This document shows, piece after piece, positions 12,291 through 22,511 of a DNA stretch of 64,000 bases; position 1 is the stretch's first letter; each line of letters begins with the position of its first letter. Source of the DNA: Hyaloraphidium curvatum SAG 235-1 (taxonomy: Eukaryota > Fungi > Monoblepharomycota); the NCBI GenBank assembly GCA_025558095.1, contig JAIVFI010000010.1, positions 248,001 to 312,000 of the forward strand. The letters are read 5' to 3'. The position numbers and the translations under genes are program-made. The notes under the pieces are model-generated. The model was given only the letters and a program-made list of their open reading frames with translations, was not told the DNA's origin and made no database searches.

Positions 12291-13589
12291 CTAGAACCTC
12301 GCCTTCGTCCCGGCGACGATCCAGCCCCTTAGCACCACGCCGCTCACCGTCTCCTCGAACGGCATACCCCCGGCGACCTCGCCGACCCCCGGCCCCGCGA
12401 GAATCCTGACCGATCCCGGTGTGCCCAGCTCGCCGGCGAGCTTGGAAGCGAGGTTCACCGCGCCGCCCGAGACGACGGTGCCCCCCGGGGCGCGGGAAGG
12501 GAGCACGAGGATGTCGCCCTGGGCGATGCCGATCGAGGGCGGGCCGAAGGAGGTGTGGAGGGCGGTTAGGGTGCGGGAGAGTGAGAGCGCGGCGGGGATC
12601 GATGGGGCGAGGAGGAGCGCCGCGCCCGAGGCGTTCTCGACGACCGTGCAGCCGGGGACGGAAGCGGTCGCGTGGGCAACGAGGTCCGCGGCGGCTGCTT
12701 GCAGAACAAGGGTGTCGAGGATCTGCGAGGGCCGGCCGGTCGCGCGGAGCCGGAACTCGACCATCACCACCGTGCATGGGTGGGCGTAGCCGCGCGAGAG
12801 AGACTCGAGCAGCGCTTGGCGGGAGGTCGCCGGGGCTCGCTGCAGGGTGCCGAGCTGCTCGTAGACGGAGTGCGAAAAGGGCACTGGCGGGTAGTGTTCC
12901 TCGGCCCCTGCCTCTTCGCGATCGGCGACAACTGGCGACGACACGCCAATGCTGTCGACCGGTGTCCGCGGGGTGACAGTATAAACCTCGAATACTTTCG
13001 GAACCAGGTCCTCCCTCTTTGCAAACGCGAACGAATCGCGCCCGCCCGGATCCATCGCGTCGAGCGCTGCCCTTGTGACCAGGGTCTCGCCGCCCGAGGT
13101 GCATTCCTCGGCCAGGTGCGAGACCGTTTCCGCGTCGCCCCCGTAAAGTACACCTCCGATGGAAAAGAAGTCCCCGCAGTGAATGCAGACGCCAATGGAA
13201 ATCCCGCCGGCGCGCCGCGCGTGGGCTTCTAGGGCGGCGCGGACGGCGTCGACCACGGGCACCGTCCGCGGGTAGAAGAGCACCGTGTTGTCCGCCTCCC
13301 AGGCGGCGCCGTCCAGCGGGACGCTGCCGTAGGAAAGGCCCAGCGAGTGCACGGACGCCTTCATCTCGGTCAGCGCGGCCAGCACTTCCAGCGGCCCGCG
13401 CGCGGCGCTCAGCCGCGAGAGCCCCGCAGAGTCGCTTGCAGCAACCGTGCCGGATAGTTTGAATGGCGCCAGCAGCTGCGAGGCGCGTTCGTCTGTCCGG
13501 GACCCGCTTTGCCACGCGGAGATCAAATCCGGCGGGGCACCGTGTCCTGCCTCGCGCCGGTCGTACAGCGCCGGGGCCGACGCCGCCAT
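12291..13589 (-). CDS. Soluble tandem class III adenylyl/guanylyl cyclase-like protein, intronless
   Basis: Domain 1: SDSAGLSRLS, WEADN, IGVCIHCGD, LYG..E.VSHLAE and GETLVT. Domain 2: IGIAQGD and SGGAVNLASKLA. Confidence 0.75.
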   Translation of the reverse strand: MAASAPALYDRREAGHGAPPDLISAWQSGSRTDERASQLLAPFKLSGTVAASDSAGLSRLSAARGPLEVLAALTEMKASVHSLGLSYGSVPLDGAAWEADNTVLFYPRTVPVVDAVRAALEAHARRAGGISIGVCIHCGDFFSIGGVLYGGDAETVSHLAEECTSGGETLVTRAALDAMDPGGRDSFAFAKREDLVPKVFEVYTVTPRTPVDSIGVSSPVVADREEAGAEEHYPPVPFSHSVYEQLGTLQRAPATSRQALLESLSRGYAHPCTVVMVEFRLRATGRPSQILDTLVLQAAAADLVAHATASVPGCTVVENASGAALLLAPSIPAALSLSRTLTALHTSFGPPSIGIAQGDILVLPSRAPGGTVVSGGAVNLASKLAGELGTPGSVRILAGPGVGEVAGGMPFEETVSGVVLRGWIVAGTKARF

Positions 13590-13828
13590 CGGTTGCTGGC
13601 AAAATTGGCAATCTTTGGAAGGTGCGCTCAAGACCCTCCGAAGTCACAGGCGCGTTTGCGTCGGCGAAGGCGGGCGCGTATAAACAAGGCGACGCGATCG
13701 AGCCGATCGCGTAACTACTCCGACACCTTTATTACTCCCCCAGACTGCGGCCCCGGCGCGTCGCCGTCTTCAGTCCCAAGGCGTACGATAAGCGGATCGT
13801 GCACGCTGCGACAGCGAGTCAGGCCGGC

Positions 13829-14946
13829 ATGGCCTCCGGACCGCATCCGGACATTCCGATCATCGATATCTCGCCCTTCCTTTCCCCGAACTCTCCTTCC
13901 GGGGTCCTGGACGCCGTCGCCGCCCAATGGGACGCGGCCTTTAAAGCGTCTGGATTCGCGATTCTGACGGGCCACGGAGTGCCCCCTTCGGCGTTCGAGG
14001 AGCTGGAACGCGACGCCCGCGCCTTCTTTGCGCTTCACGCGGAGGTCAAGGCGGAGCACTTCCATGGCGCTTATGGGAACGACTCTGGTGGATACACACC
14101 GCCTGGAATCGAGGCGGTAGGGCGGTCGCTTGCGGACGGCAAGGCCAGGCCGGACCCGGTGGAGAACTTTGCCTTTCGGGGGATGCCCGCCGATTACCGT
14201 GGGAAGGACGGGAAGCCCGCGGCGCCGTTTCCGACGGCGCAGAGCTATGCGGAGAGGATGGAGGCGCTGCTCAAGGTGCTGCACAGGATAACGGCGCGCT
14301 CGCTCGGACTGTCGGACGCGTCATTCTTTGACAAGTTCTTTGGGGACCCAACTGGGGCAGATAAAAACGGCAATGCTTTGCGAATCGCCTTCTATCCTGC
14401 TCCGGCCGACCTTGCACCGGAACTCGAGCTCGGAGAGGAGCGATACGGTGGTGAGCACCTAACTCGGGCACTTCCACGCGCAAAGCATCTCATTTTCGCC
14501 AAGCCCACACCGATTATCAGACCTGGACGATATTGCGCCCTGATCCACGGGACTGGGAGCCGGTCGCTCCGCCCGAAAGCGGTAAGGTCCGCACACGCGG
14601 GGGCCTCGAGGTCTTTCTAGAGGATTCGAAGGACTGGGTCCCCGTTGTGCTCCCTCCCGATGCTCTGGTTGTCAATGCTGGCGACCTATGCGAGGTCTGG
14701 ACGGACGACAGGTGGCATTCTGGGCTACACCGCGTGGCGGGGATGGGCACGCCGTGCGACGTCGGGAGGGCGGCGGAACTCTGGAAGGGGCCGGATAAAG
14801 GGGAGGGCAGGCTCGCGCTGGTCTACTTCACCGGCCCGCTGGACAAGGCGGTGATTGAGCCGCTGCCGGGGGTAGGCAAGGGGACGAGGAAGGCGGTGAC
14901 GGCGGGAGAGCACCTCCGCAGAAAGCTGGGAATAACCAATGTTTGA
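13829..14946 (+). CDS. 2-oxoglutarate/Fe(II) dioxygenase (IPNS/clavaminate-synthase-like)
   Basis: DIPIIDISPF, GFAILTGHGV, LRIAFYP, HTDY after an intron at about 14450-14503, GGLEV, LVVNAGDL..WT.DRWHSGLHRV. Confidence 0.9.
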
Positions 14947-15189
14947 TTGACGAAGTGAACTGAATCGATTGGTACAACTAGTCTGAGTTTGCGAATAAGA
15001 CCTCAAAGGGTATCGACGAAAGAGTCTGCGGGAATCGACATAAAGCGAAACGACTTCAACGCGGTATCGATCTGGTAAAGTCTGAATCTGAGAAAGAGTC
15101 CAACAGGGTATCGTCCGAGAATGCGAGAGTCTGACGGGGTATCGTTCTTGTGTTCGCGAGAGAGTCTGACAGGGATCGCAAGGTGATGC

Positions 15190-16484
15190 TCAGAACGGGC
15201 AGCCGCGCCATTCTTCGCCGTCCACGAGGCCATCCGCGATGGTGAGGCGCTTGGGCTCGATCTCCACTTGCATGTCGTTGGCACGGGCCAGTTCGAACTC
15301 GTGGATGTAGATGCGGAGCTGGCAGAGCAGCACGTAGCCGTCCTCAACGGTCCGTACGTCGAGGTAGTCGTTGGAGACGGTGAACGGGAAAGACGTCGGG
15401 GCGTTGGTCAGGAGCAGCGCGGACGGAGGCGGGTCCTCGTCGACGTAGTCGTCGTCGAACTCGGGCTGCAGCTGCACGGCGGCCTTGATACGCGCGGAGC
15501 GGATGCGACTGTCGTCGAGCACCACGGCGGCCATCGCGGATTGCCCCATCAGCCAGACCTGGAAGCGGAACTTGATTCCTCCGACAAAGACGGCCTTGGG
15601 CTCGAGGTCGATCCGGTTGGCGGCGGGCAGGTCCACTGCGGGCAGCTCGAGCTCGAAGGTGTTGCACAGGTACGACCGTTCGCCTTCTTTGGGGATTGAA
15701 AGGAACGAGATGGCGTATGCCAGGTGCTCCGCGGCGGCTGCGTCCATGTGCGCTTGGAGGTCGCGGCTTTTGCACTTCCAGTTCAGGTTAGACGACACCT
15801 AAGCCAAGATTTCCCACAGTACCCACTTTGTGCGAGCAGCCGGGAAAGGAACACGGAACTATCCTGTGCGGGCATTCGTTGCGGTGCTGGGCGAGGAGCT
15901 GCCGCGCGAAGAAGTTGTTGCAGCCTTCGATGTCGCACGCGAGCAAGGTCTCCGGGCAAACGTCGGCCTTGTGGTGCTGCAAACGGCACGTTATGATCTG
16001 CGGCGTGCAAAGCGGCATTGATCCGTACCTGCATGTTGTCGGGAGGTCTCACGACGGTGTCGCAGTCCTCGCACCGCGCCTTGGTGCACCTTGTCTGGTA
16101 GTGCTCGTCGAAATGGCCCACCGTCGCCTTCCTGCCGCTCTCGAGCGGGCAAGGAATGTTCGGCACTTTCATGTAGCGGCGATAGAGGAGCACCTTCGTC
16201 GCCAGGTCGAGAACCTGCTGAAGGTTGCAAGGCCTGCGGCAGACGGGGCACGCAGTCCCGCCGCGGCGGATAGCGCCCGTAATGCATTCGCGGCAGAAGA
16301 AGTGGCTGCAGGCCTCCAGAATGACGGGCTCCATGTGGGGGAGGACGAAGTCCATGCAGATGGAGCACTCGTGGTCCCGTCGGGCCTTCGCACCCGCGCT
16401 CTCGCGTCCGGCCGCCGCGGCAGGCGGTCCAGCGCTCAGCGCGGCGTTCGCCATCGCGGGAAGCGGCTGCGCAACGCTCGCCAT
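15190..16484 (-). CDS. TRAF-like protein A: RING + TRAF-type zinc fingers + divergent MATH-like C-terminal domain
   Basis: C3HC4 RING CSIC...CSHFFCREC...CPVC; fingers HHKADVCPETLLACDIEGC and HRNECPHRIVPCSFPGC; LQAHMDAAAAEHL; beta-rich tail with AVFVGGIKFRFQV; two introns. Confidence 0.75.
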
Positions 16485-16632
16485 TGCTGAGCAGCTCTGT
16501 TCGCGCGCTCGCTACAAAGACTCGCGCGCGAGAGGGCGGCGGGGATCACGGTCGAGGCGGCCTCTTTCCCACTCACCCCCGGAACCGCCCCTCAGCGCTC
16601 GAGGGCGGCGAGGCCGAGGCACGGAACGCGCG

Positions 16633-18278
16633 ATGCTGACGTCCGACGACGACCAGAGGGACGCGCGCTTCGAGAGGGCCGAACATGCGCAGTTCGAGTG
16701 CGCCGCGTGCCACCGCTTCTGCTTCCCGCACCTGGACCCGCGAATCGTCGATGTTGCCGACTGCTACCACCTGCTATGCGGCGTGTGCGTGGACCGCGCG
16801 CTGGCCGGCGAAGGACCCAGCCGCAGTTGCCCCGATTGCTCCGCGCGCTTCTCCGCCAGGGACGTGAAGCCGCTCGATCACGACATAGCAAACTGGAGGC
16901 TGCTGCTCGGCACCTTGCACGGCTGTCCGCTCGGGTGCGGCTACAAGGGCGACGTGCAGAACATCGAGGCTCACCTCCTCACTTGCCCGAAAACGCGGTG
17001 CGACCTGTGTGGAATCACCGTCGCGGTCCCGAGGACCGTGGAGGAGCACCAGCAGAATGCCTGCCCGAGGTTTCGCGTACAGTGCAAGCATGCAGGCTGT
17101 CTGGCATCGCTGCCACGCGAGACGGTCGAGACGCACGACATGTTCTGCGACTTCAAGGTCGTCGAGTGCAGGTCGCCCGGCTGCAAGCACAAGGTACCCT
17201 GGAGAGCTGGTGCGGTCTTTGCATGCTGACGCGTCCCTCAGTGTCCGAGGAAAGACTTGAAGGAGCACGAGAAATCGGCCGCGCTCGAGCACGTCAAGCT
17301 GGCCACGGGACTCTTGCACAAAGCCGAAAACGAGGTAGCTGTCGTCATTGCCCTACTGGGAGATCCGTTCACGTGAATTGCTTTTAGGTCTCGCGCATCA
17401 CGAGCCAGATGGCGCTGAAGACGGAAGACAACCTCCGGCTGACCCGTCAGAATGCGACTCTGGCTCCCATGCAGGCGGAGGTGAAGCGCCTCAGCGATCT
17501 CCTGAAGACGAGCGAGAACACGGTGGGATATCTCACTGAGAAAATGCAGAACGCGGAGCGCACACGGGTGGATTCGCAGCGGGTCGAGGCGGCGCTGCGG
17601 GCCTCGCTGTCGGCGAAAGACGCAGAGATCGCGCGGCTCTTGTCGTCCGTCAAGCTGCACGAATCGGATGCCAAGGTCAAGGATGCCGAGATCGCGAACC
17701 AGCAGGCTGAGCTGGACCGGATCAGCGACGAGCTGCAACGTCTGCGTCCTCCCTCGGTGCCCGCTGCAATACGTGCCGATTCCAGCTACTCTGCGATTGG
17801 GAGCGTCGAGTTCTCGGTTCCGCACGGTTTCGGCCCTCCAACTGGTTCGCAGACTGCTGATCCGAACTGGAGCCTCTGCTTCCCTTCCAAGCCTATCCTC
17901 GTTGGCCCCATCGAGCTCCTGGCTCATGCTCGCGTGACGCATGCCGGGTTGGGCGTGGGTTTCGGCTTGGCAGACGCTCGGGTGCATCACATCAAGGCAG
18001 TCATTGCCCAAAGCTTGCTCCACAGCCCATCTCAACACCGCGTTGCGTCAACTCAGGTGCTCCACCACAGCGGCTCTTGGATTCCCGACATTCTGCATCC
18101 CGCTACCTCTGGAAGCATCTTCGACCCGGGCTGCCCCATCATTTCCAGCAGCGCTGAGAACGCGGAGAAGCACATCGTTGTTTCGTTCCATATTTCGACG
18201 CTGCGGATCGTGCTCAAAGGCAGCGAAGGCGCCGACGCCCCTTCGCGGACCGCTCGGCTTCCGAGGATCGCGAACTGA
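16633..18278 (+). CDS. TRAF-like protein B: RING + zinc fingers + coiled coil + MATH-like domain
   Basis: CAAC...CYHLLCGVC...CPDC, CPLGC..HLLTCP, HQQNACPRFRVQCKHAGC, HDMFCDFKVVECRSPGC, LKEHEKSAALEHVKL, coiled coil, FPSKPILVGPI. Confidence 0.8.
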
Positions 18279-18656
18279 CTGCGGAGGAGCGCATCCGCCA
18301 CAAGACCGTCGCAGAGCTTTTGCGACGCGCATGATGTCATCTTTACCTCTCTCCTTCGCACCTCTTGCACGGCCTGATGCACGATCAGGAACCTGTCGAC
18401 ACCTAGCCGCAGTCCGGCACCACGACGAGCTCGCTGCGCACTCCGTCGCTGATTGCACACTCAGTCACCACGTTCGCGATGTTTCGACTTCGTCTATTCA
18501 CTTTATCTCGTTTCGGGCACTAGTTTAGGTCTGTAAATGCTGATCAATTCAATCCACCACCCCCTATGTTTGGCGGTTGGCTTTGCATGGGAGACGGGCG
18601 GGGGAAGCCACTCCAAAGCTGTCGTCTCTGCCCCATTTCCGCCGACCGAGCCCGCC

Positions 18657-20174
18657 ATGGGCAGGCGGCTCAACCTTTTTGTAGCCGCGCTCGCCGCAGC
18701 GGGCGTCGTCGGCTGGCTGCTCGAGCCGCTGGGGAGCGCAAACACCGGCCGCGGCGGGCAACCGTCCCCCGGCGGATCTCTCGCGCACCACAAGCTGGGG
18801 GCGCGCAACGGAGGGCAGCATGCAATTAACGGGGCCTCCGTGTCGTGGAGCCCCGGCTGGTCCGACTTCCCCGGGCCTCCCGGCGGTTCCCTCGAGGGCG
18901 GGGCTGCCTGGTATGGGGGCGAGCTGTGGGTGGCCGGTGGATATCCTTGCGCTCACGGCACGCCGTTCGAAACGGAGAACGTGTGGAAGTACTCGCCAGA
19001 GTCCCGCTCTTGGTCTCCAGGCCCCAAACTGCCGGGGTTCCACGCGCACCACGCATTCAGCACGCTCCAGGAGACCAAGCACGGCCTGGTATTCTTCGGC
19101 GGGGTGAGGCAGCACTTCGACAAGGACAAGGACGGCAACAGGCGCCTGATCAACGACACCGGTGGCCTGCTGGTCATTCCGCCCGGCGCAACGACGTGGG
19201 AGCAGAGGCCTCCCCCTGGCGGCGTTGACATTGGGGGCATGGCCCACTGCACGTCCATGCGCCACGGACCCAATCGCCTGCAGTACTGCCTGTTTGGCTG
19301 CGGCGGCGACTACCTCAACGACACATTCCGGTTTTACTCTTTCGACCCAAACGCGCTGACATTTGACGCGCTGCCGGTGCCGCCAATGCCGACGACCCAC
19401 GCCCCGCTGCTCCTAGATGCCCCTCGCGAGCGCGTGATCATCATTTCAGGCCGGCCAGACAGGACCAAGGACCGCACTGCGCGCACCGAGGTGATGGCGT
19501 ACGAGATCCGGAACCGACGGTGGACGCCGCTCGGCAACATTCCGGACTGGGTCTACGTCTGCGAGGGTCGCGGCTACGTGCAGATTGACGACGGCTCGGC
19601 GGGGGGTAAGCCGACCGCGTTCCTCTTCGGCGGGCAGAACAACGCGGCCACAGAGTTCACGGTGCGCGACCTCTCGTACAGGGTTACTATCGAGGACGAC
19701 GGCTCGCTCAAGTGGGAACCCTGGACGAGGCTCCCCTTTGCCTCGTTCGGCCAGGCAGTCGTGGCCGCCCGGCCCCCCGTGGGCGGAAACGAGGACATGT
19801 CCGGGGGTATGCTGGTGCTGGGCGGCTCCGTCTCGGTCGGCGCGCACTGCACCTCTGCGTCTTTCGTGTACGACGGCTCCCCGGACCCGGCCGTGCAGGC
19901 TTCTGCTCCTCGGCTGCTGGCCCGCGCCGGCACGCCTCCGCGGGTGGTCGCTGCCTTCCTCGGGCCGCACCTGGTGACTGCCAAGCTGCAGAGCCTCCTC
20001 GAATCGGGAGTCGACAGGATCCACATGAACATCCTGCCAGATCTCGGGGTCCCCGAGATGAAGGGCGTGACGCTATCCAAATGGCCTTTGGTTGCCGTCA
20101 TCGACGTTGCGGGCGAGATCAGGACGGTGAGCTGCCCGGTCGACAGCGGATGCCGCTTCTACGGCTTCTTTTAG
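18657..20174 (+). CDS. Kelch-type beta-propeller protein with N-terminal signal/anchor, intronless
   Basis: Hydrophobic N-terminus LFVAALAAAGVVGWLL; kelch blades LWVAGGY...VWKY...W, LVFFGG, LFGGQ and LVLGGS. Confidence 0.75.
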   Translation: MGRRLNLFVAALAAAGVVGWLLEPLGSANTGRGGQPSPGGSLAHHKLGARNGGQHAINGASVSWSPGWSDFPGPPGGSLEGGAAWYGGELWVAGGYPCAHGTPFETENVWKYSPESRSWSPGPKLPGFHAHHAFSTLQETKHGLVFFGGVRQHFDKDKDGNRRLINDTGGLLVIPPGATTWEQRPPPGGVDIGGMAHCTSMRHGPNRLQYCLFGCGGDYLNDTFRFYSFDPNALTFDALPVPPMPTTHAPLLLDAPRERVIIISGRPDRTKDRTARTEVMAYEIRNRRWTPLGNIPDWVYVCEGRGYVQIDDGSAGGKPTAFLFGGQNNAATEFTVRDLSYRVTIEDDGSLKWEPWTRLPFASFGQAVVAARPPVGGNEDMSGGMLVLGGSVSVGAHCTSASFVYDGSPDPAVQASAPRLLARAGTPPRVVAAFLGPHLVTAKLQSLLESGVDRIHMNILPDLGVPEMKGVTLSKWPLVAVIDVAGEIRTVSCPVDSGCRFYGFF

Positions 20175-20366
20175 GAGGTGCATTTGTAAGAACAAAGGCT
20201 TTCCAAGCGTCTGTACAGCGCGAAGGGAAGTAGAGTGAAGGGTGGGCACCGGCGCACTGTTCGGGGTGTATTAATGGTGGCCAAGGTCCCGGCCCTCCAA
20301 GAGTTGTTCGCACGCACCTCACCGCGTTCGGCTCGAAGGCCGCTGGGTCGAAGCGGAAGACGCACG

Positions 20367-22186
20367 ATGCTGGCGTCCGAGGACGATCCGCAGCAGTTCT
20401 CGCAGACCTTCAGCCAGAAGGAGGAGCGCTTCGAGGACGACTCGCGAGCGCAATTCGAATGCGTCGCGTGCCACAGATTCTGCTTCCCGCATCTGGACCC
20501 GCGCATCATCGACGTCGAAAATTGCTCGCATGTGCTCTGCGGCGCGTGCTCGGACCGTGCTTTGGCCGGCGAGGGGCCCAGCCGCAGCTGCCCCGAGTGC
20601 TCCGCGCGCTTCTCCGCCAAGGATGTGAAGCCGCTCGGTCACGACCCCGCAAACCTGCGGCTACTGCTCGGCATTGAGCACGGCTGCCCACTCGAATGCG
20701 GCTTCGAGCGCGACGTGCAAAGCATCGAGGCCCACCTCCGTACTTGCCCGAACGCGCGGTGCGACTTCTGCGGAGTCACGGTTGCACTCCCGAAGACGGT
20801 GGTCGAGCACCAGCAGGACGAGTGCCCGAGAGCGCCGGTGCGGTGCAGGCACGCGGGATGTCCTATGTCCGTGCCTCGCGACAACTCGGAGACCCACGAG
20901 CAGTTCTGCGACTTCAAGGTCATCAAGTGCGCGTCTCCGGGGTGCAAGTTCGAGGTTTGCCCAGACGTTGGGCGCAGTGGAAGTGCACTGACCGTCGCAT
21001 CTCGCTGCAGTGCCGTCGCAAAGACATGGCCGGGCACAGGAACCTCGCCATGTTCACCCACCTCAAGCTCGCCACGGAACGCCTTGCCAAGGCCGAAAAC
21101 AAGCTGACCAAGGCCCTCAACGACCTCGCCCCTCTGCAGACCTCCCTATCGCACAAAGACGCCGAAATCTCGAGGCTCGCGGGCGAGCTGGCCGGCAAGA
21201 AGAACGACCTGCTGCTGCTCAATGCGTCGCTTGCTGAGAAGGTGGCCGAGAACGGCGCGCTGAAGGGGGCTCTCGAGGCTTGCGACGCAAAGGCCGCCCA
21301 GGACCGCGGAGCGCTCGCAGCCAAGGATGCCGAGGTCGCGCGCCTGCTCTCGGCCGTCAAGCTCCACGAGGCCAGCGCAACGGCCAAGGAAGGCGAAGTT
21401 GCACTGCTTCTTTCCGCTATCAAGCTCCAGGAGAACGGTGCCAGGGCGAAGGATGGCGAGATTGCGCGCCTTCGTTCCGCTGCGAAGGTCTACGAGGACG
21501 GCGCGAAGGCCAAGGACGCCGAGATCGCGCGCCTCCGTTCCGCTGCGAAGCTCCACGAGGACGGCGCAAAAGTGAAAGACGCGAAGATTGCCACCACGCA
21601 GGCCGAGCTGGATCGCATCCGCGCCGAGCTGGAGCAGCTTCGTACCGCGCAATCTCGCAGGTCGATCGTGTCCAACCAGCGTCACGTTCTGCGCGCATTG
21701 GTCGACATTCCGCTTCCCCGGGCGTTCCAACCTCCTGGGAAGAAACAGCGAAAGAACCCGAAGTGGGCTCTCTGGTTCCCCGCTGCGCCCGTCACGGTCG
21801 GCCCCATCGATCTCGTCGTGAACGCGTTGATCACCCACGACGGCCTCGAAGTTGGAGTTTCCCTGGCGGACAACCGCGTGCACCACCTTCGGGCGTACAT
21901 CTGGATGTCCGTGGACGGCCAGCGGTACCGGAACGTCGCCTCGTTCGAGTCGAAGCAGCTCCTGCACCACGGGGGTGACTTCCTGACCGACGTCCTCTAC
22001 CCGGTCGCGGAAGGGGAGATGTTCGACCGCAGGTGCCCCATCATCTTTGGCAGCGGCACGCCGGACAGGTACATCACCCTGAACGTCGACATCACCGTGT
22101 TCGACGTCGTGCTCAAGGGCAGCGAAGGTCCGACGCCTCCGACCAAGTCGTACAGGCTTTTCGACGACTACTACGACCACTACTAG
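20367..22186 (+). CDS. TRAF-like protein C (close paralogue of B) with expanded coiled-coil repeats
   Basis: RING start nearly identical to B (FECVACHRFCFPHLDPRIIDV), the same zinc fingers, an intron at about 20955-21010, coiled coil, and C-terminal WALWFPAAPVTVGPI...VLKGSEG shared with B. Confidence 0.8.
21320..21592 (+). repeat. Intragenic 63-nt (21-aa) tandem repeat, 4 full copies plus a partial copy
   Basis: Units start at 21320, 21383, 21446, 21509 and 21572, with consensus AKDAEIARLRSAAKLHEDGAK. Confidence 0.85.
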
Positions 22187-22511
22187 CCGGACATGCAGCG
22201 ATATCCGGACTCCATTCGCCTCCCTCTTGACTCTATCTCTATGTCTGAATTCGATCGACTCCGTCTTCCGTGCCTCGCACACTTCGACCTTTTCTCGTTG
22301 GACCCAAGCTCGATACCCTTTCTCGACGCACCTCACTCTCTGACGCTAATTCCTAATGATCGATTGTTCTGTTTTCTGTCTCTCGCTCTCTCTCGCTCCT
22401 TAGTCTATTGGTTGTTGTGTATGCGTTTCATTCACTCCGTTTCTCTCGCGATCCTTGTCAAAGCCCCCGTCCGCCTCCGCGATCAGCGATCTCCGCCCCG
22501 AAGCGCCCCGT

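Noticed and set aside
22200-22460. CT-rich low-complexity tract
   Set aside because: It lies between convergent 3' ends with no periodic unit; probably ordinary UTR/terminator sequence.
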